DNA from: Candidatus Binatia bacterium
GTDB lineage: Bacteria; Desulfobacterota; Binatia; UBA9968
Reading direction: 5' to 3'
Length of the DNA stretch: 64,000 nucleotides
Assembly (NCBI GenBank): GCA_046757725.1
Contig: JBHHYU010000005.1
Location: 4,947 to 68,946, forward strand
The stretch's first letter is position 1. Every line of letters begins with the position of its first letter. The notes under the pieces are model-generated. The model saw only the letters and a list, made by a program, of their open reading frames with translations, was not told the DNA's origin and searched no databases. Shown here piece by piece: positions 1 to 10,085 of the stretch. The position numbers were made by a program, and so were the translations under genes.

Positions 1-280
1 AAAAGGCACGAAAGACATAGGAGCTCCCATCTAGGAGATAAACACATGGATGTACATCCGTCATCGTAAGAGATCTCTCGTTATGAAAACCACACTAACA
101 AAGGTAATGATTTAAGTCCAGATAGGGTTTTGCAGAGATGGAAGACAAGGAAAGGGAAAAGCGTGAAAAAAACTATCCTGAGGAAAAGTTGGGACCGAGA
201 GACTGACAATGATTGAGAGGTGGGTTAGAAGAAGATTCTGCGGCAGCTAGGACTTAAGGTCACCCGCGTTTTGTTTCTCT

Positions 281-1696
281 TCAAACCTTTTTGCGAGAAA
301 CGTTATTGATCCTTGGACCGTAGAAGCTCTCCGCACATTCCATGAGCGTTTCCGATAGGGTAGGATGGGGATGCACCGATTCCGCAAGGTCTTTCGCGGT
401 TGCCCCCATTTCCATGGCAAGAACTCCTTCGCTGATAAGTTCGCCGGATCCGACACCAACAATCCCGACACCAAGAATCCGTTCGGTCTCCGGCTCAATG
501 ATTAGTTTAGTGAGCCCATCCGGCCTGTCCATACTCATTGCTTTTCCCGAGCCGGACCAGGGAAACTTCACGATTCTTATGGAAATGTTTTTCTCCCTAG
601 CCTCCCGCTCAGTTAGGCCACACCACGCCACCTCTGGATCAGTAAAAATCACCGCGGGAATAATGACACGATCAAAGGTGCTCGATTCCCCAGTGATCAC
701 CTCCACGGCAATCTTTGCTTCCTTTGTGGCCTTGTGAGCCAGGAGGGGGCCGCCATTGACATCGCCAATAGAATATATATTGGGATCGGAAGTTTGCTGC
801 TTCGCATTGCATTGGATAAAACCATTCTCGTCTTTCGTCACTCTCGTGTTCTCAAGCCCCATGTCGCTGTCGTTAGGAATACGCCCGACGGTAACCAATA
901 CCCAGTCATAAAGCTCCTCCTTTTTTTGATGCTGAACTTGCATGGTAACTTTGATCTGTTTTTTGCTCGTTGCCATCTTTAACACTTTCGTGCGCAAGCG
1001 TACTTCCTGAAAAGCCTTTTTCGTGTATCGTACTACAGGCCGAACCAGATCTGCATCCACTTCCGGCAATAGGCTATCCATGGTTTCAGCCAATATGACA
1101 TGGCTTCCAAGAGTAGCGTAAACGGTCCCCAATTCGAGGCCGATATATCCACCCCCTACGACGAAGAGATTTTTAGGAATCTCCTCCAGTTCGAGGGCCT
1201 CGGTGGACGTCATGATTCGTCGGTTTCCCAGATCGAACGCGGCCGGCATGGCGGGCTTCGTCCCCACGGCGATGATTGCCTTTTCATAGGCGATAAATTT
1301 TTGACCTTGCGGCGTTTCCACTCGCAGAAGACGGGAGTCCTCGAAATGACCCTTGCCGTGCAGTACGGTGATACCGTGTTTGTGGCCCAGCCCGATAAGG
1401 CCCTGGGCGAGCCTTTCGATAATGGATTCCTTCCACGCACGCAGTTTGTCAAGGCTAATCTTGGGTTTGCCGAAAACGATTCCCCTGGTACCGGACTCGG
1501 TAACCTCAGTAATGAGACGCGTGGCGTGGAGAAGCGCCTTGGACGGAATGCAGCCACGATTGAGGCAGACCCCGCCGAGGCGAGGCGACTGTTCCACCAG
1601 AATGACCTTCTTACCTCTGTCGGCGGCGTAAAAAGCAGCTGTATAACCACCCGGCCCCGCACCGACAACCACGAGATCTGTTTTAATGGTTTCCAT
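281..1696 (-). CDS. lpdA: Dihydrolipoyl dehydrogenase (E3 component of 2-oxoacid dehydrogenase complex)
   Basis: 471 aa. N-terminal FAD-binding GxGxxG (VVGAGPGGYTAA) and redox-active disulfide motif GGVCLNRGCIPSK. Lies downstream of the E1 and E2 genes on the same strand. Confidence 0.9.
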   Translation of the reverse strand: METIKTDLVVVGAGPGGYTAAFYAADRGKKVILVEQSPRLGGVCLNRGCIPSKALLHATRLITEVTESGTRGIVFGKPKISLDKLRAWKESIIERLAQGLIGLGHKHGITVLHGKGHFEDSRLLRVETPQGQKFIAYEKAIIAVGTKPAMPAAFDLGNRRIMTSTEALELEEIPKNLFVVGGGYIGLELGTVYATLGSHVILAETMDSLLPEVDADLVRPVVRYTKKAFQEVRLRTKVLKMATSKKQIKVTMQVQHQKKEELYDWVLVTVGRIPNDSDMGLENTRVTKDENGFIQCNAKQQTSDPNIYSIGDVNGGPLLAHKATKEAKIAVEVITGESSTFDRVIIPAVIFTDPEVAWCGLTEREAREKNISIRIVKFPWSGSGKAMSMDRPDGLTKLIIEPETERILGVGIVGVGSGELISEGVLAMEMGATAKDLAESVHPHPTLSETLMECAESFYGPRINNVSRKKV

Positions 1697-1717
1697 AGGC
1701 TTCAGCGTTGCAATACC

Positions 1718-2980
1718 TTAACCGGTAAGCTCTGCTTCATTGAAATGTTCTAAAGCGTAGACGATCTCGCGGATAAAGCGGACTGCATTGGCTCCATCGA
1801 TCACTCGATGGTCGTAGGAAAGGCTTAGAGGCAGCATCGTGCGTACCGCTGTCTGCTGATTTATACTCACAACCTTTGACATTCCCCGTCCCAAACCTAG
1901 CACGGCCACCTGAGGTTTATAAATAATCGGAGTAAAATAAGTGCTCCCTATGGTCCCCTGATTGGAAATGGTAAAAGAGCCTCCCAGGAGTTCCTCGAGA
2001 GACACTTTTCTCCGCCTCGTTTTCTCCGTCAACTCGGACAGTTCTTTAGAGAGTTTCAGCATGTCTTTTTTATCCACGTCCTTGATCACCGGAACAATGA
2101 GACCCGCCTCAGTATCCACAGCGATGCATACGTGATAATAGTCCTTGTAGACGATCTCCCCTGTAACGTCATCCAAACTTGAATTAAAAACCGGGTGCTT
2201 TTTAAGAGCCTGAATTACCGCCTTTAAGACAAAAGAGGTAAGAGTCAGGTGGACGCGCTTTTTCTTATACAACGGAGCTTGCCTCTTTCTCATTGCCAAA
2301 ACGGATGTGATATCCGCTTCATCAAATTGAGTTATATGAGGAATGGTGGCCCAGGATTCGACCATCCTCTTACCGACGGTCCGTCTTAGAGACGTTATCG
2401 GTTCCCTGCGGACCGGCCCCCACTTCGAAAAATCGATGCCTTCAGCCGTTGAAGGGGACTGGAGTTCCCTTGTCGGAACGATTCGCTGAGAGGCCAATTG
2501 CTGTAAATGCTCGATGTAAGACTTCAAGTCGCGAAGGACGATTCTTCCTCCCCGCTCACTCCCTTTGACTCTGGTCAAATCAATGCCCAATTCTCTTGCG
2601 GTTTTTCTTATGGAAGGAGAGGCCGGAGGTCCAAGTCCGCTGGGGGATTTAGTTTCCTGCTGCGGCACGGCACTTTCTTCACCATCTGTCGTTTCCTCAG
2701 TCGGATCGACTCTATCTTCCGGTTTCTCAGCGATATCGTCGTTTGTGTTTTTCGGCGCCACAGAAATCAGTGCTTGACCTACTGTGATGGCATCGCCCTC
2801 TTTAACGTATATCCGGGTCACTTTACCCGATAACGTCGAAGGAATGGGGGCGATCGCCTTTTCATTCTCCAGCTCCAGGATGGTCTGATCCACCGCAATT
2901 TCATCACCCTCACTCACGAGGATGTTAACTACCGTAGCGGAGTCAGCACCTTCACCCAGGCGCGGGAGTTTAATATCCAT
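1718..2980 (-). CDS. aceF: Dihydrolipoamide acetyltransferase (E2 component)
   Basis: 420 aa. N-terminal lipoyl domain (LPRLGEG...ELENEKA with the lipoyl-lysine context), Ala/Pro-rich linker, peripheral subunit-binding domain, and C-terminal catalytic domain with the DHRVIDGA motif. Confidence 0.85.
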   Translation of the reverse strand: MDIKLPRLGEGADSATVVNILVSEGDEIAVDQTILELENEKAIAPIPSTLSGKVTRIYVKEGDAITVGQALISVAPKNTNDDIAEKPEDRVDPTEETTDGEESAVPQQETKSPSGLGPPASPSIRKTARELGIDLTRVKGSERGGRIVLRDLKSYIEHLQQLASQRIVPTRELQSPSTAEGIDFSKWGPVRREPITSLRRTVGKRMVESWATIPHITQFDEADITSVLAMRKRQAPLYKKKRVHLTLTSFVLKAVIQALKKHPVFNSSLDDVTGEIVYKDYYHVCIAVDTEAGLIVPVIKDVDKKDMLKLSKELSELTEKTRRRKVSLEELLGGSFTISNQGTIGSTYFTPIIYKPQVAVLGLGRGMSKVVSINQQTAVRTMLPLSLSYDHRVIDGANAVRFIREIVYALEHFNEAELTG

Positions 2981-3013
2981 GACCTTAGGGCTTCAAATTT
3001 CTAAGCAGGGTGT

Positions 3014-5647
3014 CTAAATGGAAAAAGGATAGAGTTTTTCCGGATCGAACTTAAGGTCACTGATGGCCTTCTCCACCACCTGCGCCTCCAGACTGCCTCG
3101 CTCGGATAGCGCATAGAGAGTTGCAATAACAGTTGTTTCAGCGTCCACTTCGAAAAAACGTCGGAGACGATGCCGAGTATCGCTTCTGCCGAATCCATCG
3201 GTTCCAAGGGTGATAAGGCCACCTGGAACCCAGGGGGCGATCTGGTCCGGAACCAGCCTTACATAGTCCGATATGGCTACAAAAGGGCCCTTCTCATTCT
3301 CAAGGAGACCCTCCAAGTATGATTTCTTAGCCGGCGATGTCGGATGCAGCATGTTCCATCTTCTGGCCCGCAATGCGTCATTCCTCAACAATTTGTAACT
3401 TGTTGCGCTCCATACATCAGCAGAAACGTCATATTTTGCCGCCAATATGTCTTGGGCCTTCAGGGCTTCATTTAAAAGCGGACCGCTTCCTAATATATGG
3501 GTTTTGTAAGGTTTCTTTGCTTGGCCTTTCCGGAACTTATAAAGGCCTTTAAGAATTCCTTGCTCTACCCCTTCCGGCATCTCGGGCATCAGGTGATTCT
3601 CATTATAGAGTGTTAAATAGTAAAATACCTCTTCTCCCTTCTCATACATTCGCCGCATCCCGTCCTGGATGATTACAGCGATTTCATAGGCAAAGGCCGG
3701 ATCATAAGTGAATAGGGTAGGAATCATACTCGCGAGAATCTGACTGTGGCCGTCTTGGTGTTGTAACCCCTCACCGTTGAGGGTGCTTCGTCCGGCAGTA
3801 GCGCCCAACAGAAACCCCTTGGCTCTAGTATCACCAGCAGCCCACATGAGATCGCCGATTCTTTGAAAACTAAACATGGAGTAGAAGATATAGAACGGAA
3901 TTGTAGGAAATCCGTAGGTAACGTCGCTGCTGCCCGCGGCTATGAAAGAAGACATGGCACCAGCCTCGGTTATTCCCTCTTCGAGAATCTGACCGTCTTG
4001 GGCCTCCTGGTAGTACAGGAGAGTTCCACGGTCGACGGGATCGTAGAGTTGCCCCTTGGGTGAATAGATTCCAATTTCGCGAAAAAGACCATCCATACCG
4101 AAGGTCCTCGCCTCATCGGGAATAATGGGGACGATTCGTTTTCCGATCCGTTTGTCACGCAAGAGCTTACTCAGAATACGGACAAATGCCATCGTCGTGG
4201 ATATCGAAAGGTCCTTAGAAGCTCTAAGAAATTCTCCATAAAACTCAAGCGAAGGAACGGAAATAGGTCCGGTTTTATGCTTGCGCTGAGGCAGAAATCC
4301 GCCCAGATGTCTTCTGCGTTCCAGGAGGTATTTTGTTTCAGGACTGGACAGAGCCGGACGGTAAAAGGGTGCTTCCACCACCTCTTCATCTGATAAAGGA
4401 ACGCCGAACCGGGAACGAAATTCTCTTAACTCCTTTTCATTGAGGAGTTTCTGCTGGTGAGTGATATTTCTTCCTTCCCCTGCTTCGCCCAATCCATAAC
4501 CCTTTATGGTCTTGGCCAAGATGACCGTTGGGGAACCTTTGTGCTCTACACCGGCTCGGTAAGCCGCATAGATTTTCTGTGGATCGTGCCCTCCCCGAAG
4601 AAGTTTATGGATCTGGTTGTCGGTCAGATGATTGACCAGCCCCAAAAGTTCCGGATATTTGCCGAAGAAGTGTTTTCTTGTGTAGCTTCCTGGTTCCACG
4701 GAATATTTTTGATAATCTCCGTCCACCGCCTCTTCCATACGCTTGACCAAAAGTCCTTTGTCATCGGCTTTGAGAAGGGGATCCCAATCGGAACCCCATA
4801 TCAGTTTGATAACGTTCCAACCTGCGCCACGAAAAAGGGCTTCGAGCTCCTGTATGATTTTCCCATTTCCCCTGACTGGTCCATCCAAACGTTGCAGATT
4901 GCAGTTAACGACCCAGATTAGGTTGTCGAGATTTTCCCGTGATGCCAGTGTCAAGGCCCCCGAAGCCTCCGGTTCATCCATCTCACCATCGCCCACGAAA
5001 CACCATATTTTTGGTTCTTCTCCGGTCAGAAACCCCCGGCCTCGTAAGTACCTGCTGAAACGTGCCTGGTAAATCGACATGATCGGGGCAAGACCCATAC
5101 AAACACTAGGAAACTGCCAGAAATCCGGCATCAGAAAAGGATGTGGATAGGAGGGCAGCCCTCCGCCCTTAGCAAATTCTTGGCGGAAATTATGCAGATA
5201 TTTAGCATCTAACCTCCACTCCAGATACGCTCTGGCGTAGATGCCTGGAGAGGCATGCCCTTGAAAGAAAATGATGTCTGCGGGAGTGTTCCCGTCTCCG
5301 CCCCTAAAAAAATGATTGAACCCGACTTCGTAAAGGGTTGCACAAGACGCATAGGTAGAGATATGCCCACCGATTCCGTGGTGAATCCGGTTAGCCTTGA
5401 CTACCATAGCCATTGCGTTCCAGCGGACATAACTCTTGATACGCCTCTCAACCTGACGCTCCCCTGGATAGATAGGTTCTCTTTCAGGTGGAATCGTATT
5501 GATATAGGGAGTGGTAAGGGGGAGCGGTATATGCATCCCCGCCTCACGTAACTTTGAAATGAGCTTGTTTAAAAGGCCGGGGGCTTGCTCGGAAAGGGCA
5601 TCCTTATCCGTAAAAACAGCCGGTTGCGCCTTCTCTTCTAATTCCAC
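3014..5647 (-). CDS. aceE: Pyruvate dehydrogenase E1 component, homodimeric AceE type
   Basis: 877 aa, the length of homodimeric E1. Thiamine-diphosphate-enzyme-like sequence. Immediately upstream of the E2 and E3 genes on the same strand. Confidence 0.85.
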   Translation of the reverse strand: MELEEKAQPAVFTDKDALSEQAPGLLNKLISKLREAGMHIPLPLTTPYINTIPPEREPIYPGERQVERRIKSYVRWNAMAMVVKANRIHHGIGGHISTYASCATLYEVGFNHFFRGGDGNTPADIIFFQGHASPGIYARAYLEWRLDAKYLHNFRQEFAKGGGLPSYPHPFLMPDFWQFPSVCMGLAPIMSIYQARFSRYLRGRGFLTGEEPKIWCFVGDGEMDEPEASGALTLASRENLDNLIWVVNCNLQRLDGPVRGNGKIIQELEALFRGAGWNVIKLIWGSDWDPLLKADDKGLLVKRMEEAVDGDYQKYSVEPGSYTRKHFFGKYPELLGLVNHLTDNQIHKLLRGGHDPQKIYAAYRAGVEHKGSPTVILAKTIKGYGLGEAGEGRNITHQQKLLNEKELREFRSRFGVPLSDEEVVEAPFYRPALSSPETKYLLERRRHLGGFLPQRKHKTGPISVPSLEFYGEFLRASKDLSISTTMAFVRILSKLLRDKRIGKRIVPIIPDEARTFGMDGLFREIGIYSPKGQLYDPVDRGTLLYYQEAQDGQILEEGITEAGAMSSFIAAGSSDVTYGFPTIPFYIFYSMFSFQRIGDLMWAAGDTRAKGFLLGATAGRSTLNGEGLQHQDGHSQILASMIPTLFTYDPAFAYEIAVIIQDGMRRMYEKGEEVFYYLTLYNENHLMPEMPEGVEQGILKGLYKFRKGQAKKPYKTHILGSGPLLNEALKAQDILAAKYDVSADVWSATSYKLLRNDALRARRWNMLHPTSPAKKSYLEGLLENEKGPFVAISDYVRLVPDQIAPWVPGGLITLGTDGFGRSDTRHRLRRFFEVDAETTVIATLYALSERGSLEAQVVEKAISDLKFDPEKLYPFSI

Positions 5648-5739
5648 GTCTCTATCTCCTACCCAATTCGAGATTTAAAGTTGAAGGAATGTGGTTTAAC
5701 TCGTTTCCAGGAGTTTAGTATAATAGCTTCTGCGCCAAC

Positions 5740-6456
5740 ATGGAATACATTGATCTAACCCTGCCTAGGCCGGAGCAAAATCTAGCATGCGATGAGGCTC
5801 TAACTGATATGTGTGAAGCGGGATACGGCCGCGAGATTTTGAGATTTTGGGAGCCCCGTGAATACTTTGTGGTTGTAGGATATTCAAATAAAACGGCTTT
5901 GGAGGTTAACCTGCTATCCTGTAGGAAACGGCGTATTCCCATATTTAGGCGGCGTTCTGGAGGCGGGACCATATTGCAGGGTCCCGGATGCCTGAACTAT
6001 TCATTGGTTTTAAAAATCCAAGACTCGTCACCTATGAATAACATTTCAGGAACAACCGCCCACATTATGAAATGTCATAGGAAAGCTATACAAGAGATTA
6101 TAGGGTCTAAGGTTGAAATTCAAGGCGTCAGCGATCTCACCTTAGGGATGTTAAAATTTTCGGGAAATGCCCAATACCGGAAAAGACGAGTTTTATTGTT
6201 TCACGGTACTTTTCTGCTTCATTTCAACATTCCACTTATGGAAAAGATACTCCAACTACCCTCAAAACGACCCCTTTATCGTTTTGACCGCTGTCACGAA
6301 GAATTTCTCGTTAATTTGAATCTGCCCTCTCAGAAAGTTAAGGAGGGCCTTCGAAAGGCATGGCATGCTACCAAAGCCCTACAACACATTCCCCGCGAAA
6401 GAATAGATGGCACGGTAAAAATGTACTCCACCGAACAATGGAGAGTTAAAACCTAG
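5740..6456 (+). CDS. Lipoate-protein ligase / octanoyltransferase family protein (LplA/LipB/LipM-like)
   Basis: 238 aa. RRSGGGTILQGPG and KFSGNAQ motifs resemble the BPL/LplA/LipB catalytic core. Divergently transcribed from the pyruvate dehydrogenase operon, which fits a role lipoylating E2. Confidence 0.55.
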   Translation: MEYIDLTLPRPEQNLACDEALTDMCEAGYGREILRFWEPREYFVVVGYSNKTALEVNLLSCRKRRIPIFRRRSGGGTILQGPGCLNYSLVLKIQDSSPMNNISGTTAHIMKCHRKAIQEIIGSKVEIQGVSDLTLGMLKFSGNAQYRKRRVLLFHGTFLLHFNIPLMEKILQLPSKRPLYRFDRCHEEFLVNLNLPSQKVKEGLRKAWHATKALQHIPRERIDGTVKMYSTEQWRVKT

Positions 6457-6639
6457 CCGGAAGATTTTCCCGACTTTTCGGTTGGTGGAGGCGGTGCAAG
6501 AGCATGAAGAACTACTCTCTACCGTTTCCTTTTGGCTGAAATAGCCCGGTTCTACCAGATAGAAGTGGAAATTCCTTCCACTTATTAGCTTCCTACAGAA
6601 TCCAAAGAAAGAGCTATTTTGCGGCTGTCGGAAAAGGAA

Positions 6640-6669
6640 GCGGCGGCCCGGCGTGGACCGCCGCTTTTT
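6640..6669. terminator. Bidirectional intrinsic terminator: 7-bp GC stem (GCGGCGG/CCGCCGC), 11-nt loop, then a TTTTT run on the + strand and a T-rich stretch on the - strand
   Basis: Read directly from the sequence: gcggcgg cccggcgtgga ccgccgc ttttt. It sits between the 3' ends of the convergent lipoate ligase-like (+) and RTX (-) genes. Confidence 0.55.
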
Positions 6670-6697
6670 GAGGACTGTTTGAACGACTCACAGCAGA

Positions 6698-7426
6698 TCA
6701 GATTACAGTTTCGCAGCTGACATCGATCGTATTCGTGGGACCGCCACCCTGACAGACATCGGTTCCAGCGCCGCCGCTAATCGTGTCATCATCGAGGCCG
6801 CCTCCAATCGTGTCGGCTCCATCGCCCCCGTTAATGATGTCTTGTCCGCGACCGCCGCTAAGCACGTCGTCACCAGGCCCACCCCTGATCGTGTCGTCTC
6901 CAGTAGCTCCATGAATTGCGTCATCTTCGTCCCCGCCCCTAAGGTCATCGCCGCCTGGCCCGCCGTCTATCATGTCGTCACCTAGCCCACCCCTAATCGT
7001 GTCGGGACCTCTGTCGCCAGTGATTCTATCGTTACCTGATCCTCCTCTTATCGTGTCACCGTCGCTGCCACCGAAGATCCTATCGTTGCCTGCATTGCCG
7101 CTAATCGTGTCAGGGCCGTCGCCACCAAAGATTCTGTCGTTGCCTGATCCTCCCTGGATCTCGTCGGCTCCACTGTTCCCGAAGATTTCGTCCCGGCCGG
7201 AGCCGCCACAAATTATGTCGTCGCCACCACGCCCGATTATCGTATCATTACCACCAAAGCCATGGATCACGTCAGCTCCGCTTGTACCTATGAGAACGTC
7301 AGGACCAGGAGTCCCCGGGATGGTTACGGCTGCGCCTTGGCATAGCGGCTGCCCATATGCCGGGTAAGATGAAGCCATAAACAAGCCGATCACAATTGCT
7401 ACCAAAACCGTAAAATTTTTCATCGG
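6698..7426 (-). CDS. Secreted RTX-type (hemolysin-type) calcium-binding repeat protein
   Basis: The product has a Sec-type signal peptide (MKNFTVLVAIVIGLFMASSYPAYG) followed by about 20 tandem GGxGxDxUx nonapeptide repeats (GGSGNDRIFGGDGPDTISGNAGNDRIFGG...). The start was moved from the track's 7474 to the internal ATG at 7426, which is preceded by an AAGGAGG ribosome-binding site. Confidence 0.7.
   Translation of the reverse strand, partial: PMKNFTVLVAIVIGLFMASSYPAYGQPLCQGAAVTIPGTPGPDVLIGTSGADVIHGFGGNDTIIGRGGDDIICGGSGRDEIFGNSGADEIQGGSGNDRIFGGDGPDTISGNAGNDRIFGGSDGDTIRGGSGNDRITGDRGPDTIRGGLGDDMIDGGPGGDDLRGGDEDDAIHGATGDDTIRGGPGDDVLSGGRGQDIINGGDGADTIGGGLDDDTISGGAGTDVCQGGGPTNTIDVSCETVI
6740..7295. 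repeat. Intragenic tandem 27-bp (nonapeptide) repeat array encoding RTX calcium-binding repeats
   Basis: Recurring ...aatcgtgtc... / ...gatcgtgtc... units. The antisense frame gives a Pro/Ser-rich artefact ORF (6972..7367), which is typical of repetitive DNA. Confidence 0.6.
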
Positions 7427-7929
7427 CGATACCTCCTTTAAATTTAGTCCCTTCAACCCAGTCCATACTCTCATTTAAAAAACAGCACAGCCTTACGAAC
7501 TAACTCAAAGAGTGCCCAGCTCCAATCTGCCCTTTTACCCCTCCCAGAAACATCTCCGTCCCTCATCTTAAGTCTCAAATCATAGTAAAACCCAATCAAA
7601 GCTCGGGACGGCCGCTCCCTGTCGGAATCTACCAGGCTATATTCCGCGTCAGAATGCTTGACAGGGGAGAGCTACGATATCCTAACAAGAAAACTTTAGC
7701 GTTGGGAATTTAAGGGAAGTTAATGGAACTATTTGGCGTAGATGTGTAGGGAGTCTACCATAGGATTTTGGGTCCTGACGGAGGCGTGGGTCTCGGGGCA
7801 AGGGGACGAAGGGACTGGGGGTGTATATCCTAGGTATCTTTGCTTATATAACGTTGTTGACTAGCTTGAATTACTTCTAGATGTTTTTCTGAAACAGAAA
7901 CGACGGCCTGTTGTGGACCCTGTTTCTTA

Positions 7930-9978
7930 CTACTTGCTTTCGTCCGCAAGCCGCTTTTGTGCTTCCTCATTAGAGATGGATTCCAACTCAGCCAACATGC
8001 GAGCCAGCTCTTCGTCCCCGGCCTTCTTCGCCATGTTCTCCGTAATGATCAAAGCCATGCCTGCAACTGTGGGAGACTCGAAGAGGGATTTTATGGGCAA
8101 TTCTACTTTGAATGTTTTGATTACTCGCGAGATGACCTGGGTGGCGTTGAGGGAGTGACCTCCTAGATCGAAAAAATTGTCATAGATGCCCACTTGATCG
8201 AGACCCAAAACCTCGGCCCAGACACCCGCCACCGTCACCTCAACCGGAGTGTGGGGCGCTACGAAGGTCCCGTTCAGATTCGGTCTGCTTCGACCGAGGG
8301 TGGGCAACGCGCGGCGGTCCACCTTGCCGTTGGGAGTCAGCGGCATCCTTTTTAAATTAACGAAGGCGGTGGGTATCATGTAGTCGGGAAGTCTACCTTT
8401 TAGGTAACGGCGCAGCTCTTCGGTAGATGGACCAAAGCTGTTCCGCAAGACCAGATAGGCCACCAAGCATGGGTCACCCTGCCCGTCTTCCCGACTCGTA
8501 ACGATGGCCTCATTGATTCCAGGGATATCGAGCAGCGCCAACTCGATCTCTGCAACTTCGATGCGGAAACCTCTAACTTTTACTTGGAAGTCTCTTCGCC
8601 CGAGATGCTCAAGGCTGCCGTCCGGACGCATGCGGCCCAAGTCTCCTGTGAGATAAATTCGCTGGGCTTCACTGCCGGGGTCGCATGGAAATCTGGTCTG
8701 AGTTAAGTGGGGATTTTGCCAGTAGCCCGGCGAAAGATAGTCACTGCTCACCGCAATTTCACCCGCATGACCGACGCCGATCTCTTCCCGGCTCTCACCG
8801 AGCAACAGGATCTTCTTGTCTTGCACCGGGTATCCTGTCGGAACAACGGTTCCGGTGATCTGCGATTGCTTATCGAGGAAGTACTGACGGATCCATCCGG
8901 TCTCAGTGGATCCCATCCCTGTGTAAAGAATGCTAGTTGCCGAGAAATACTTCTTGTATAACTCTACGTCTTTTATGAGAACCCTCTCACCTCCAAATCG
9001 ACATAGGCGAAGCCTGGGAAACTTTTCTTTTCCAGTCAGGCCGGCAACGAAACTGCGGAAGACCGTGGGGACCGAAATGTAAAACGTGATCTCTTCGCGA
9101 ATAAGGAAGTCTGCCAAGTTCGCCAAACCCTCGTGTTTAATATCGAACGGATACACGGCTGCCCCGTTGAGTAAAGGGCCGAAAATACCTCTCACGGAAC
9201 CGTTGACGCTGTAAGAGTAGAATAGGGTCATCCGGTCGTCCGGACAGATGCGGAGAGTGTTCGTATACAGCATGACCTCATGAAGCACGTTGCGGTGGTT
9301 TTGGACAACGCCCTTTGGCTGTCCCGTTGAACCGGATGTGTACAGAATATACGCTAGCGGGTCCGACGATAGTGACAAGTCCAGATTCTTTGCGGACAAA
9401 CTCGTAGTGACTCGGTCAATGTTAATCAGTGAAACCGGACCCTGAACCAACCGTTTGGCCAAGGAAAGATTTTTGGTGTTGGTGACTATCAGCCCGGCCT
9501 GTGAATCTTTGAGAATGTAGGCGGTTCTTGAAAGGGGATACAAGGGATCCAGGGGCACGTACATTTTACGTGCTTTCAAAGCACCGAGAATTGCACCAAT
9601 CATTGGTGCGTTGTGTTCAAAAAGCAGAGCAACTTGCTTGTGTCGTTCGCCGCATTGGCCGACGATGGCTCGCGCCACGCGATTGGCAGCTTTATTCAGT
9701 TCATCGTATGTAAACTGGTGGGTCCCGGTCTTGACGGCAAGGCGATTAGGATACTTCCGCACCATTTGCTCGAAGCGGTCCGGGATCGATTGCTCGATCT
9801 CATCCCTCTTGAACTCAATAAACTTTCCTGTCGGGTGGAAACATTTGTCTCGGATAGCTTGCTGCTCCGGTGGAAGATCAGAAATTGCAGTGGAAATATT
9901 GGTCATATGCTGCTGGCGGATCTCATCGCATACACCTTCTAATACTGGGATAATATTAATCCAATCATGTTCTTCCAT
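7930..9978 (-). CDS. Stand-alone NRPS-type adenylation-thiolation (A-T/PCP) didomain protein
   Basis: 682 aa. Adenylation core motifs are present: A3 LAYILYTSGSTGQPKGV, A5-like GMGSTE, A7 YLTGDLGR, A8 GRRDFQVKVRGFRIEVAEIE, A10 PLTPNGKVDR. The carrier-protein motif is DNFFDLGGHSLNATQV. No condensation or thioesterase domain is present. Confidence 0.75.
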   Translation of the reverse strand: MEEHDWINIIPVLEGVCDEIRQQHMTNISTAISDLPPEQQAIRDKCFHPTGKFIEFKRDEIEQSIPDRFEQMVRKYPNRLAVKTGTHQFTYDELNKAANRVARAIVGQCGERHKQVALLFEHNAPMIGAILGALKARKMYVPLDPLYPLSRTAYILKDSQAGLIVTNTKNLSLAKRLVQGPVSLINIDRVTTSLSAKNLDLSLSSDPLAYILYTSGSTGQPKGVVQNHRNVLHEVMLYTNTLRICPDDRMTLFYSYSVNGSVRGIFGPLLNGAAVYPFDIKHEGLANLADFLIREEITFYISVPTVFRSFVAGLTGKEKFPRLRLCRFGGERVLIKDVELYKKYFSATSILYTGMGSTETGWIRQYFLDKQSQITGTVVPTGYPVQDKKILLLGESREEIGVGHAGEIAVSSDYLSPGYWQNPHLTQTRFPCDPGSEAQRIYLTGDLGRMRPDGSLEHLGRRDFQVKVRGFRIEVAEIELALLDIPGINEAIVTSREDGQGDPCLVAYLVLRNSFGPSTEELRRYLKGRLPDYMIPTAFVNLKRMPLTPNGKVDRRALPTLGRSRPNLNGTFVAPHTPVEVTVAGVWAEVLGLDQVGIYDNFFDLGGHSLNATQVISRVIKTFKVELPIKSLFESPTVAGMALIITENMAKKAGDEELARMLAELESISNEEAQKRLADESK

Positions 9979-10085
9979 TCCATTAATCTAGTCAAGCCTT
10001 AGGAGGCCCCATATTTTGGGACCGCTTGGGACACTTTGAACGGTCAGGAGGGGATTGCTAGGGATCTGGGTCACTCATGCTGGTT

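Noticed and set aside
1100-1753. 217-aa + strand ORF, plus further ORFs antisense within lpd, aceE, valS, sulfite reductase homologue, sucC/sucD and ccmF
   Set aside because: They are fully embedded antisense to well-supported, motif-rich genes and show no independent features.
6972-7367. 131-aa Pro/Ser-rich ORF on the + strand (LIVSGPSPPKILSLPDPP...)
   Set aside because: It is antisense to the RTX repeat gene. Its periodic composition mirrors the 27-bp DNA repeats, a classic repeat-induced shadow ORF.
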